IMG/VR virus record: IMGVR_UViG_3300021511_000005
Span: 45,479 to 109,478 of that record
Source: a virus
Length of the DNA stretch: 64,000 nucleotides
Strand: one strand, 5' to 3'
Shown here: positions 19,179-27,831 of the stretch, one piece after another
How positions within the stretch are numbered: the first letter of the stretch is position 1
Layout of the letters: each line of letters begins with the position of its first letter
Notes under the pieces: generated by a model
The model's input: the letters and a program-made list of their open reading frames with translations, nothing else
Database searches by the model: none
What the model was told of the DNA's origin: nothing
Made by a program: the position numbers and the translations under genes

Positions 19179-19265
19179 TGGCGGACCGAAGGCGTTGGGT
19201 TATCCAGTGAGCAACTGGCCCGGTCCATGAGGTCGGGCTTATCCAGCTCCATACCATGTTCGCCA
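19179..19265 (+). ncRNA. candidate structured RNA (multi-stem, tRNA-sized)
   Basis: TGGCGGAC/GTTCGCCA closing stem at predicted +1; internal hairpins CCAGT-GAGCA-ACTGG and CCCGGTC-CATGA-GGTCGGG. Confidence 0.3.
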
Positions 19266-19299
19266 TCACGAGGTCACATGCAAGGGACACCCTGGATCA

Positions 19300-19533
19300 A
19301 TGGAATCTCGCGTGGACAGCTCCCCGGCTGCGCTCGAGGCGCGGCGACTGAGGTCCGCTCTCCGGAAGACCAAGGTTTCGGAGGGGCCGGTCCTGATGGT
19401 GGTGACACCGCAGGAGCAGGCCGAGATCTGGGCGGAGCTGACTCCCAGGGAGAGGGAGAGGGTCACGCTCCTGACGAGCTGGCCGTGGAGCGCTCCCGCG
19501 TTGGCCAGCTCCCGGTTGTGCCGAGCCGCCTAG
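19300..19533 (+). CDS. hypothetical protein
   Basis: ORF downstream of the promoter. Confidence 0.4.
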   Translation: MESRVDSSPAALEARRLRSALRKTKVSEGPVLMVVTPQEQAEIWAELTPRERERVTLLTSWPWSAPALASSRLCRAA

Positions 19534-19568
19534 ATCTGCGGCTCAAGGACGCCCTGATCGGGTGATCC

Positions 19569-19895
19569 ATGCGCTGGTCAGGGTTGATTGTCGCGGTGGT
19601 GGCGCTGGTCCTGGCCTTCGTGGTGGCCGTTCTGGGGTCCTGCACGGCCCCCAATCCATCGCTTCAGGACTGGGAGGCCTGGGACGTCTACTGCTATCCG
19701 GACAGCTGTGTGGCGGTCTGGCGGGCTCAGGACGGCGGTTTGGGCGTGGACCGGCTTCTGCTGTGCGATGAGACCGGGTGCTACTGCATGGGCGGGGGGA
19801 GCCTGCGGACGCGCTGCTGCGACCGGCAGCCCTTCACCATGGAGGCCATGGAGTCCGTCTACCTCGGTGGGTGCTGCGCTACATTAGGCCCTTGA
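19569..19895 (+). CDS. Cys-rich putative lipoprotein
   Basis: Signal-like hydrophobic stretch ending LGSC (lipobox-like); many Cys; stop lies within element E1. Confidence 0.55.
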   Translation: MRWSGLIVAVVALVLAFVVAVLGSCTAPNPSLQDWEAWDVYCYPDSCVAVWRAQDGGLGVDRLLLCDETGCYCMGGGSLRTRCCDRQPFTMEAMESVYLGGCCATLGP

Positions 19896-19953
19896 CTTAC
19901 TCCGCACTGCGGTCACCATCCTATTGTCTTCGGACAACAAGGAGGCTCACATG
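19889..19953 (+). promoter_or_regulatory. cassette-leader element E1 (promoter/operator/hairpin/RBS repeat)
   Basis: CCCTTGACT TACTCCGCACTGCGGT CACCAT CCTATT GTCTTCGGAC AACAA GGAGGCTCAC ATG. Confidence 0.85.
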
Positions 19954-20832
19954 GCGACCAAGCAGCTCTCTCTTCTTCCCAAGTTGGCCCTGGCGGCTGC
20001 GATGTCTAGCGAGTTGAACAAGGCCAAGCGGGACGAGACCATTCCCGACCTGCAGAGCTACGATATCATTCTGGTCAACACCAGCGCGGGCAAGGACAGC
20101 CAGGCGATGCTGGACCTGGTGGTGGAGCACGCCAAGGCGGCCGGCGTCCTGGACCGGGTAATCACGGTCCACGCGGACCTGGGTCGGATGGAGTGGGCGG
20201 GGACTGGCGAGCTGGCCCGCGAGCAGGCTGAGCACTACGGGCTCCGTCTCGAGGTCGTGAAGCGTCCCCAGGGCGATTTGCTGACCCAGGTGGAGGACCG
20301 GGGTATGTGGCCGGGCCATACCACGCGCTACTGCACCAGCGACCAGAAGCGGGGTCAGGTCTACCGCGCGATGACCGCCTTGGTCCGCGAGCTGGGTCTG
20401 AAGCGCCGGGCGCGGATCCTCAACTGCCTGGGCCTCCGCGCGGAAGAGAGTCCTAACCGTGCCAAGCTCGAGCCTCTGAAGGCGGACAAGAAGGCCAGCA
20501 ACAAGACTAAGCGTGAGGTGGACACCTGGCTGCCCATTCACGACTGGACGGTGGAGCAGGTCTGGGCACGTATCAAGCAGAGCGGCGTCCGCCACCACCG
20601 GGCCTACGATTTGGGGATGCCCCGGCTCAGCTGCGTGTTCTGTATCTTCGCGCCCAAGGCGGCCCTGGTGCTCGCCGGCAAGCACAATCAGGAGCTGTTG
20701 GACGAGTGTGCGGGGATCGAGAAGCGGATTGGCCACACCTTCCGCCAGGATCTGACGCTGGCGGAGGTCAAGGAAGCGGTGGAGGCCGGCGAGGGCGGGG
20801 CCGTCGAGGACATCGACAGCTGGTGCTGCTAG
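19951..20832 (+). CDS. PAPS-reductase-family (PP-loop) protein 1
   Basis: TSAGKDS, RYCTSDQKRG, GLRAEESPNRA, LPIHDWT, RLSCVFCI; start set at the repeat RBS. Confidence 0.88.
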   Translation: MATKQLSLLPKLALAAAMSSELNKAKRDETIPDLQSYDIILVNTSAGKDSQAMLDLVVEHAKAAGVLDRVITVHADLGRMEWAGTGELAREQAEHYGLRLEVVKRPQGDLLTQVEDRGMWPGHTTRYCTSDQKRGQVYRAMTALVRELGLKRRARILNCLGLRAEESPNRAKLEPLKADKKASNKTKREVDTWLPIHDWTVEQVWARIKQSGVRHHRAYDLGMPRLSCVFCIFAPKAALVLAGKHNQELLDECAGIEKRIGHTFRQDLTLAEVKEAVEAGEGGAVEDIDSWCC

Positions 20833-20844
20833 GAAGCGATTAGA

Positions 20845-20913
20845 CCCTTGACATGCTCCGCGCTGGGGTCAGCATATAGGGGTCCTCGGACACAACTCAC
20901 GGAGGCTCACATG
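20845..20913 (+). promoter_or_regulatory. cassette-leader element E2
   Basis: CCCTTGACA TGCTCCGCGCTGGGGT CAGCAT ATAGGG GTCCTCGGAC ACAACTCAC GGAGGCTCAC ATG. Confidence 0.85.
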
Positions 20914-21870
20914 ACGACTCAGACCTTGTTCGACTTTGCCCGCCCCAGCCGGCCCACCAGCACCTTCACCGATAGTGACCAGCTGACGGTCGTGGACCTG
21001 TGTTGCGGCGCCGGGATGGCCTCCTTGGGCTTCAAGGCGGCCGGCGGCTACGACATCCTGGGCGGCGTGGACATCTGGGACGACGCGGTGGAGGCCTTCT
21101 GTCTCAACCACGGCAATGACTACGACTTCTTCCAGGACGCGGGCTGGCTGGGCGTCGAGGGCGCAGCGGCTGGCCGTCAGGAGCATTCCGACGGTTGGAC
21201 GGTGGACGTGGTCTTGACCGGTCCGCCCTGCCAGGACGACAGCCTGGCCAACCACGCCGCGGACAAGGGTCGTGGCGCCATCAAGGCTCCGGCGCTGGCC
21301 GCGGCGCGGGCGATGGGGGCCACCTGGATCATCATGGAGATGGTCACGAGCAAGTACGCTGACTGGTGCCGCAGCCAGGGTGCCCGTCAGATCCTGAAAC
21401 TCCAGGACTGCAAGCTGGGCGGCTTCACCATGCGGACCCGCTGGTTCGCCGTCTGGGGTCCCTGGGACCTGGTCATCACGGAAGAGCAGGGACGCGGCTG
21501 GGGTGAGGCTCTGGGTGTGGACGACCCCGACGCCCGTCTGGCGACCGAGAGTAACAGCAAGGCCAAGCGTTGGCAGCGGGCCAAGGCTCCCCACGAGGCC
21601 GCGGATGCCTGCGTGGGCGGCGACCGGCGCCACGTCATCCGCTTGGGTAACGGCGAGGAGATCCGGTTGGGACCCCAGGACGAGGCCGCGTTGGCCGGTT
21701 TCCCCAACTTGGAGCTGCAGCGGTCCGAGCACATGTGCAACGGGGAGCGTGAGTGGACGTGGACTCAGGGCGCCCAGAACGAGCGGGACGCCAACACCAT
21801 GGTCGGCAACGGCTGGCCCATGAGCTTCGGGCGCGCCATCGGGCGGGCCATCACAAGGAGGAGCCGATGA
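20911..21870 (+). CDS. DNA (cytosine-5) methyltransferase
   Basis: Motif I DLCCGAGMASLGF, catalytic GPPCQ, motif VI variant EMV, motif VIII RTRWF, motif X MVGNG. Confidence 0.85.
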   Translation: MTTQTLFDFARPSRPTSTFTDSDQLTVVDLCCGAGMASLGFKAAGGYDILGGVDIWDDAVEAFCLNHGNDYDFFQDAGWLGVEGAAAGRQEHSDGWTVDVVLTGPPCQDDSLANHAADKGRGAIKAPALAAARAMGATWIIMEMVTSKYADWCRSQGARQILKLQDCKLGGFTMRTRWFAVWGPWDLVITEEQGRGWGEALGVDDPDARLATESNSKAKRWQRAKAPHEAADACVGGDRRHVIRLGNGEEIRLGPQDEAALAGFPNLELQRSEHMCNGEREWTWTQGAQNERDANTMVGNGWPMSFGRAIGRAITRRSR

Positions 21871-22040
21871 CCGAGAGGGAGAAGAAGCTTCAATCGATTA
21901 GGGCCGTGGCGCAGAATCTTCGAGGTGTGGCGTCGTCGGAAGAGACAACCGACGAGTACGCCATTTGGCTTCGACGTCAGGCCGCGGTCTTGGAGTCCTC
22001 GGTTCGATTTCTGGCCTCACAGCGCGAAACGAGGGAGTAG
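21867..22040 (+). CDS. hypothetical protein
   Basis: AGGAGGAG RBS, ATGA overlap. Confidence 0.5.
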   Translation: MTEREKKLQSIRAVAQNLRGVASSEETTDEYAIWLRRQAAVLESSVRFLASQRETRE

Positions 22041-22376
22041 ATGGCCGGCAAGGATAGCCACGGGGCAAGCGCGGCCCGGCGCGCCAAGGCGGACGCCAAG
22101 GACAAAGCCCGGCGCTTGAAGGCGCGCGGGACCTGGACGCCGCGGAAGCCGGAACAGTTGGAGCTGCCGCTGGACCGGATCGCGCTGGAGGAGGGCGTGA
22201 TCTACCATCCGTGCGAGACCGGGATGGAGCCCTGCGAGGCTTGTACCGAGTGGGCCAAGACCGCGGAGCGCGACGAGTGGGGGTACTTCATAGGTCCCAG
22301 TCCCTGCGACCTGGTTCGGCGCCGGCGGCTGGAGGCTTTTACTGCGGAACACAAGACCCGAGGAATCACACTATGA
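22041..22376 (+). CDS. hypothetical protein with QLELPL motif
   Basis: GGGAG RBS; Cys cluster. Confidence 0.55.
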   Translation: MAGKDSHGASAARRAKADAKDKARRLKARGTWTPRKPEQLELPLDRIALEEGVIYHPCETGMEPCEACTEWAKTAERDEWGYFIGPSPCDLVRRRRLEAFTAEHKTRGITL

Positions 22377-22693
22377 CTGACGAACAGATAGAAGCCCGAG
22401 CTTGGGCGTTGATCAACGAGGGGCCGCTGTTTCTGGCGAAGCAGATCGTCCGGATGGATGAGGCCCTGGTGGGTCTGATTGAGCGTGTGGACCGGCTCGA
22501 AGAGAATCAGGTTGTCCTGGATGTGGATGACATCGAGGGCCGCCTGGGAGCGGTTGAGGCGTCCTCCGAGCGATTCGAGGATCTGCAGCTCCTGGCCTTC
22601 ACCGAGACCACCGCGGACCAGTTGGAGAGCCTGGAGGGTCGCCTGGATCGCTTGGAGGAGCGGGTTCCAGACCCGGAGCTGCGGACACCATGA
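22373..22693 (+). CDS. coiled-coil hypothetical protein
   Basis: ATGA-coupled; RLxxLE repeats. Confidence 0.55.
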   Translation: MTDEQIEARAWALINEGPLFLAKQIVRMDEALVGLIERVDRLEENQVVLDVDDIEGRLGAVEASSERFEDLQLLAFTETTADQLESLEGRLDRLEERVPDPELRTP

Positions 22694-23436
22694 CCGCGTT
22701 CGCGAGGGGCTCCGATCTGATTGCCAAGTCTCTGGACGTGCCCGGGGTTCGGGATGCCCGGGTCTATGAGTCTGAGCCTGGGAAGGTGGATTTGGTGGTC
22801 TGGACGTATCCCGAGTATGTCTACCCTGGCCGTGATTCGGAAGTGATCCTGGACGAAGTCCGCAGGCAAGTATCGGGGATGATACCGATGGGAGTCTTGA
22901 TCAAGGTGATCAAGGGGGAGGACATCCCGATCCAGCTCAAGAGGGCGATGATTGGCCTCCAGGGCAACGCGGCGGTGGCTATGCCTATCCTCGATTGGGT
23001 TACTGCAGATGACTTCGCTGCGGGCCTCCTGGAGTGTGAGGACCAGGTCTTCGGGAGGAGCGGGAACTGCAATTGTCAGCTGTCATGGTTCTGGTGCGCG
23101 GCCCGCTGCGCCCAAGGATCTCCACGGGCCCGGCGCTGGCTGGGGGTGGATCTGGAGCGGTCACCGGAGAGCTACTGGCAGGATCGCCACGTCTGTCAGG
23201 CGCTGAAGAGTCCCGCGATAGAGGATATCTTTGTTCATGATATCTTTCTGGAGGCCGCTGGTTACGCACCCATCCTGAAGGTTCTCCGGATGGCCTACGC
23301 CGGCGAGGGGCTGATCCTGGATCGGGGAGTGAGCGGGGAATGGTGGGAGCTGGTCGGACTCCGCCACCAGGCCCAGCGTCGTGTTATCCTGGAGGCCGTG
23401 TGGGGCGGTGAGGAAGACGAGTCGGACTCCCCGTGA
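22690..23436 (+). CDS. hypothetical protein, N-terminal half resembling a baseplate-J C-terminal domain
   Basis: VPGVRDARVYESEPGKVDLVV...ILDEVRRQVSGMIPMGVLIKV. Confidence 0.5.
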   Translation: MTAFARGSDLIAKSLDVPGVRDARVYESEPGKVDLVVWTYPEYVYPGRDSEVILDEVRRQVSGMIPMGVLIKVIKGEDIPIQLKRAMIGLQGNAAVAMPILDWVTADDFAAGLLECEDQVFGRSGNCNCQLSWFWCAARCAQGSPRARRWLGVDLERSPESYWQDRHVCQALKSPAIEDIFVHDIFLEAAGYAPILKVLRMAYAGEGLILDRGVSGEWWELVGLRHQAQRRVILEAVWGGEEDESDSP

Positions 23437-23438
23437 CC

Positions 23439-23505
23439 CCCTTGACATACTCCGCATAGCGGTCAACATACAGGGGTCCTCGAGACAACTCCGGAGGCTC
23501 CGATG
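23439..23505 (+). promoter_or_regulatory. cassette-leader element E3
   Basis: CCCTTGACA TACTCCGCATAGCGGT CAACAT ACAGGG GTCCTCGAGAC AACTCC GGAGGCTCCG ATG. Confidence 0.85.
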
Positions 23506-24597
23506 ACCCAGACAGCTCTGAACGTAGACCGGATTGTGACCCTCAACTGCGGCCTGGGGCGTGATTCCATCGCGATGACGGGGCTGCTGGAAGAGGGCGA
23601 GCTGGTGGTGGCGGAGCGGGTTTGGTGTTGCCGGGATTGTGGAGCTGAGATCCCCATGGTGGAGGAGCTAGCCCCGATCTGTGATTGTACCGACCCCGAC
23701 GGTTGGTGTGTTCCCGCCATGATCCAGTTGACCACCAAGATCGGCCGCCAGGACGTGGACTACGTGGTCTTTTCGGATGTTGGTCACGAGTGGGAGCATA
23801 CCTACAAGCTGATCCCGACCATCCGCGAGAAGTGCGCGGCGATGGGCGTCCGCTTCTTCGTACTGGCCAAGGGCAACGGTCGGAGCTACCCCGCGAAGCC
23901 CTCCACCTGGGCCGAGGTTGAGGCCAAGGCCGCCGCGGGCGGTTATCACGTTAGCAACAAGGGTCAGGCCCTCCCGGCCCTCATGGATGAGATGTTGTCC
24001 CGGTCCACGGTGGTCAACTTCCGCGGACAATGCACGGACAAGCACAAGATCTCCCCGATGCGCCGGCTCATCGAGGATGTGGCCCGGATCCGCTTCGGCG
24101 TTCGTGACAACCGCCGCTGGGGTCACGAGGTCCGCAAGGGTCAGCGCCGTCCCCATCTGGCAATGGTGGGTATCGCCGCGGATGAGACTCCCCGCATCAA
24201 CAAGGCCGCCCAGGCTGCGGGTGTGAGCTACGTGGACGAGACCTATCCGCTGGTCACCATGGGGATCGCCAAGACGGACGAGCAGCCTATCCTGGAGCGT
24301 CACGGTCTGGGGCACGTCCGGAAGTCTGGCTGCTACCTTTGCCCCTTCCAGCCGGCGAGCTGGTACTGGGCTTTGAGCGTGACCGATGAGGTCGCCTACC
24401 AGATGGTGGTGAGCTACGAAGCTCAGGCCCTCCAGAACAATCCCAACATGCACGCCACGGCTGCCAAGAAGACCATCCCCGAGATGGTGAAGACTTGGCG
24501 AGCTGCCAACCCGAAGGCCACCGTGGGCGCTGTTCTGGCCAAGACTTACGAGATGTGCCCCGCCGCGGCTCGAACGGCCCAGCGGGTGGCGGCTTGA
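23503..24597 (+). CDS. PAPS-reductase-like (PP-loop) protein 2, divergent subfamily
   Basis: CGLGRDS, VVFSDVGHEWEHTY, CTDKHKISP, VGIAADE, YPLV..GI, KSGCYLCPF. Confidence 0.75.
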   Translation: MTQTALNVDRIVTLNCGLGRDSIAMTGLLEEGELVVAERVWCCRDCGAEIPMVEELAPICDCTDPDGWCVPAMIQLTTKIGRQDVDYVVFSDVGHEWEHTYKLIPTIREKCAAMGVRFFVLAKGNGRSYPAKPSTWAEVEAKAAAGGYHVSNKGQALPALMDEMLSRSTVVNFRGQCTDKHKISPMRRLIEDVARIRFGVRDNRRWGHEVRKGQRRPHLAMVGIAADETPRINKAAQAAGVSYVDETYPLVTMGIAKTDEQPILERHGLGHVRKSGCYLCPFQPASWYWALSVTDEVAYQMVVSYEAQALQNNPNMHATAAKKTIPEMVKTWRAANPKATVGAVLAKTYEMCPAAARTAQRVAA

Positions 24598-24659
24598 CAT
24601 ATTCCGCAGTGCGGTCAATATCTAGAGGTCCTCGCGACACTGACCAGGAGGCTCTGATG
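24593..24659 (+). promoter_or_regulatory. cassette-leader element E4
   Basis: CTTGACA TATTCCGCAGTGCGGT CAATAT CTAGAG GTCCTCGCGAC ACTGACCA GGAGGCTCTG ATG. Confidence 0.85.
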
Positions 24660-24998
24660 GCTCGATTGACCCAACCCCCCAAGAACCAGGCCTACGCGCA
24701 AATCACTGAGGCCATCGGTACACGCGGCCGGTGGAACCTGTTGGGCTACGCTCGCGTGTCTCTGCTCAGTCCAACTGATCGGGAGGAGATTACGGTTCGT
24801 GTTCAGGCGAGCGCTTGCGAGGTCCCGGTGGGCCACAAGCGGCAACTCAGGCGATGCGACCTGTTCATTACGCCGGAGGAGATCGAGTGGCTCGAGCGGC
24901 AGATCGCCTATACCCAGAGCCATGATGGGAAGGCCCCGCATCCGGGCGAGCGACCGGATTGGCCCAAGGCCGGGGACCAGCTCGGGCTGGGCGTGTGA
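24657..24998 (+). CDS. hypothetical protein (first gene of cassette E4)
   Basis: Start set by the repeat RBS; ends DQLGLGV. Confidence 0.65.
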   Translation: MARLTQPPKNQAYAQITEAIGTRGRWNLLGYARVSLLSPTDREEITVRVQASACEVPVGHKRQLRRCDLFITPEEIEWLERQIAYTQSHDGKAPHPGERPDWPKAGDQLGLGV

Positions 24999-25058
24999 CA
25001 ATCGGCAGGGGCGCGGAATAGGATCAACAGGGGCTTTGGCCCCAGGGAGGCACCGATG
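24995..25058 (+). promoter_or_regulatory. degenerate cassette-leader element E5
   Basis: GTGACA...GCGG...TAGGAT, hairpin GGGGC-TTTG-GCCCC, GGAGGCACCG ATG; its TGA again ends the upstream gene. Confidence 0.4.
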
Positions 25059-25322
25059 GCGGGATCACCCAACCTGAAGGTCTACGCAGGCCGCGAGTAT
25101 GTGGCGAGCTGCAAGCATATCGAGGACGCGGTGGTGATTGCGGCCGTCCGCGGCGAGGGCACCACCATCCGCTACGGGCACGGCAAGGCTGCGATCCTGT
25201 GGACGGAGGGGGCGGAGGGCCAGTCCGCTAGCGAGAGTTACGACCACGCGACGGCCGTGGTGGTCTCGCGGATGGAGGCCCACTTCGCGCTGCTGGCGCG
25301 CAGGCGGAAGGCCCGCGGCTGA
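25056..25322 (+). CDS. hypothetical protein
   Basis: GGAGG RBS. Confidence 0.6.
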   Translation: MAGSPNLKVYAGREYVASCKHIEDAVVIAAVRGEGTTIRYGHGKAAILWTEGAEGQSASESYDHATAVVVSRMEAHFALLARRRKARG

Positions 25323-25484
25323 TGTCCAACCCGGACCGTAACCGGATTGAGCTGCCTGGGGTAATTCTTCAACTGGGCAAGCCACGGTTGACAGCCCGGG
25401 GACGGGTCATGGTGATCCCGGCGCTGCTCTACCCGGAGCGGCCGGTTAACTTCATCAACACGACGATCACACTCGGAGGCGGAG

Positions 25485-25907
25485 ATGCCCCTGTTGGACG
25501 ACAAGGACCGGGCGACGTTGGCCTGGCTGAAGGAGGCGAAGATGACGAGGGACGGAAGGTACAACACGACGCCGGCGGTGGACCGCAAGGCGGCCAAGCT
25601 CCGGGCGGAGGGGTTGAGCTTCCGCAAGATCGCGGAGGCTCTGGGGGTCAGTGACAAGACGGCCAAGCAGGCCGCGGAGCGTGGCGCTAACGGTCGTCAG
25701 CTGGACGCCGAGAAGGCCAGGGGCCAGGAACTGCGGAAGCTCCTGAAGGACCGCTGGCGGAGGCTGACGGACCCGGAGATGGAGGCAATGGAGCGGCGGA
25801 TGGCCGGCGATACCCAGGACGCGATCGGCGCCAAGCTGGGCATCAGCAAGCAGCGGGTGGCCCAGCTCCAGGCCCAGGCGGAGAAGAAGCTTCGGGAGGA
25901 ACGATGA
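25485..25907 (+). CDS. double helix-turn-helix (sigma70 region-4-like) DNA-binding protein
   Basis: GLSFRKIAEALGVSDKTA and GDTQDAIGAKLGISKQRVAQLQAQAEKKLR. Confidence 0.75.
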   Translation: MPLLDDKDRATLAWLKEAKMTRDGRYNTTPAVDRKAAKLRAEGLSFRKIAEALGVSDKTAKQAAERGANGRQLDAEKARGQELRKLLKDRWRRLTDPEMEAMERRMAGDTQDAIGAKLGISKQRVAQLQAQAEKKLREER

Positions 25908-26275
25908 CGACGGCCGAGCGACTCAGGAAGATCTTGACGAGGCACCGTTACAGGTCCTTTGACTACTCCAACGACTTCAAGATCAAGGCGACAGACGCCC
26001 TGCTGGACAAGCTGGTGGCGGAGCTGCTGGAGGTCGTGGAGGATCAGGAGAAGAAGGTTCACGCGGCATACGCGCCTGACGTGGCCGCTTCCTTCGACAA
26101 GGTCAATCAGAGTGATTTCGTTATCGGGCTGGTCCGCAAGGTCCGCAAATGTAATGCCTGCGGTTGTTCTAAGTGGGAACCCTACGTTCCGCTGGGGCGG
26201 TTCGGGGCGGACGGGCTCGTCTGCGCGGGCTGTGGTAACGCTATCGAGAATAGCACCATGATGGAGGAGCCCTGA
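25904..26275 (+). CDS. hypothetical protein with C-terminal zinc ribbon
   Basis: CNACG...CAGCG. Confidence 0.55.
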   Translation: MTTAERLRKILTRHRYRSFDYSNDFKIKATDALLDKLVAELLEVVEDQEKKVHAAYAPDVAASFDKVNQSDFVIGLVRKVRKCNACGCSKWEPYVPLGRFGADGLVCAGCGNAIENSTMMEEP

Positions 26276-27432
26276 TGGGCCAAGATAGACTTACCGAGGG
26301 CGGCCGGAGCATTGTGTGGAAGGCCGTGATGGACAGTTTGAACGCTCACCGGCGCCAGGGGATGGTCTTCAAGACCAAGCTGTTCTTGAAGTTCGAGCGC
26401 TGGGGCGTGGGGGTGGAGGATCTGTGGGAGCCCGGGATGCCCGACAAGCCTGGGATTCCGGAGGAGACGATCCAGGCCTTCGTTGCGGACATCGCCGCGG
26501 ACGTCTGCAAGCGTGTGGAGGAGGCGCTGGACCGCATCGACCCTAGGCCAGGGCCCAACCAGGAGATCATCTGCCAGAGCTGCGGTCAGGAGTTCGTGAC
26601 CACGGTGGGTGGAGCTTGCCCGAGCTGCGGACACAAGTGGGACGGGACAACGCCGGCGACAAAGGACCTGTCCGCGGCAGACCGGGCGAAGCGGGCCTGG
26701 GGCGAAGTCCAGATTGGCGGACCTGGTGACGTGGTGGAGCCGCCGGCGATAACCGACGCCATAGAGCGCTGGAAGGCGGATCCGGAGCCCAGCATGGACG
26801 AGACGTGGACGGAGGCCGAGAGGATCTCGTGGACGGAGGCCGAGAGGATCTCCTGGGAAGCAGTGGAGCGGTTGGAGGGGAGCGGCCACACCCCCCATTG
26901 CGCGCGGAGGATGATCTGGGGAGATGGGGAGTGCGAATGCCAGCTGCCGAAGGCGAAGGCCTCCGCGATCACCTGCACCTGCCACCTGATGGACCCGGGG
27001 AAGCTCTGTGCCGTCTGCTTGGAGGACATGAATCGCCAGCTCCAGGAGACCTACCAGCCGGCCTTCCCGGACACGCAAAGTCGGATCGACGAGCTGCGGG
27101 GAGCGCTCGAGGCCGGCGCACGGTTGGCGGAGGAAGAGCCCCTTCCGGTGATGGACGACCCGATGGGTCCCGTATCGCAGGCCCCGCGACACGGGACACG
27201 ACCAGGCCGGCCCCCGCGGAGCTACAAGGAGATGGCCCGAGATGAGCGAGAGGCTGCAGAGAGAGACGCTAGGGTTCTGCATGAATTGTGGGGATCCGCT
27301 GGTCCCAAGGGACCTAGAGCTGGCGGTGGTGCAGCTCCGGAAGACGATCCTCAATCAGCTGAGGAGCGTGGGCTGGACGCCGGGCTGGAGGACCGCGGAC
27401 AACCTGGCCCGGACGATCCTGTCGGGGATTGA
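26275..27432 (+). CDS. multi-zinc-finger hypothetical protein
   Basis: CQSCG...CPSCG, HTPHCA...CEC, CTC...CAVC; contains a 24-bp tandem repeat. Confidence 0.6.
   Translation: MGQDRLTEGGRSIVWKAVMDSLNAHRRQGMVFKTKLFLKFERWGVGVEDLWEPGMPDKPGIPEETIQAFVADIAADVCKRVEEALDRIDPRPGPNQEIICQSCGQEFVTTVGGACPSCGHKWDGTTPATKDLSAADRAKRAWGEVQIGGPGDVVEPPAITDAIERWKADPEPSMDETWTEAERISWTEAERISWEAVERLEGSGHTPHCARRMIWGDGECECQLPKAKASAITCTCHLMDPGKLCAVCLEDMNRQLQETYQPAFPDTQSRIDELRGALEAGARLAEEEPLPVMDDPMGPVSQAPRHGTRPGRPPRSYKEMARDEREAAERDARVLHELWGSAGPKGPRAGGGAAPEDDPQSAEERGLDAGLEDRGQPGPDDPVGD
26806..26853 (+). repeat. 24-bp tandem duplication (WTEAERIS x2)
   Basis: tggacggaggccgagaggatctcS twice. Confidence 0.9.
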
Positions 27433-27475
27433 GGATTACGGGCGAGAGGAGCCTCCACCGAATTCTGACCCTTGA
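27242..27475 (+). CDS. hypothetical protein (overlaps tail of upstream ORF)
   Basis: FCMNCG; stop lies within element E6. Confidence 0.45.
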   Translation: MSERLQRETLGFCMNCGDPLVPRDLELAVVQLRKTILNQLRSVGWTPGWRTADNLARTILSGIEDYGREEPPPNSDP

Positions 27476-27537
27476 CATGCTCCGCGGCGCGGTCATCATC
27501 TCGGTTGTCTTCGGACGCTACCTTGGAGGCTCGAATG
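27469..27537 (+). promoter_or_regulatory. cassette-leader element E6
   Basis: CCCTTGACA TGCTCCGCGGCGCGGT CATCAT CTCGGTT GTCTTCGGAC GCTACCTT GGAGGCTCGA ATG. Confidence 0.85.
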
Positions 27538-27831
27538 TTCAGCAGCTACGACAACTGGAAGACCACGGACCCCCGCGACTCTGAGCGGGAGGTTGGGATG
27601 GTGGATTGCCCCGACTGTCAAGGCGAGGGCCATGGTTGCGACGAGGACGGCCCCTGGTACTGCCCGACCTGCAGCGGCGAGGGTTGGCTGTGGGAGGAAG
27701 TCCTGGAGGTCATGGAAGCGGAGGAGGAGCTGGACGCGGGTTGTCCGCGCTGTGGTGGCCTTCTCTGCAACTGCGTCAACATCGAGGCCAGTATAGAAGC
27801 CATGATGGCCGGAAAGGAAGAAGCTGCCTGA
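27535..27831 (+). CDS. DnaJ-type CxxCxGxG zinc-finger small protein
   Basis: YDNWKTTDP; CPDCQGEG, CPTCSGEG, CPRCGG. Confidence 0.7.
   Translation: MFSSYDNWKTTDPRDSEREVGMVDCPDCQGEGHGCDEDGPWYCPTCSGEGWLWEEVLEVMEAEEELDAGCPRCGGLLCNCVNIEASIEAMMAGKEEAA

Noticed and set aside
19196-19250. SAM-I riboswitch (TTATCCAG...ACTGGCCCG resemblance)
   Set aside because: It lacks the P1 partner, the kink-turn and the GCAACC/GTGC core, so the similarity is only superficial.
19180-19265. Canonical tRNA gene
   Set aside because: An acceptor-like stem is present, but there is no T-loop (TTCRA), no U33 and no clear D-arm. It is kept only as an ncRNA candidate.
19951-24597. Complete Dnd/Ssp phosphorothioation or sulfate-assimilation pathway
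   Set aside because: Only orphan PAPS-reductase-fold genes are present; there are no partner genes in the window.
26806-26853. Short tandem duplications as a diversity-generating system
   Set aside because: These are isolated in-frame duplications; there is no reverse transcriptase or template/variable repeat pair.
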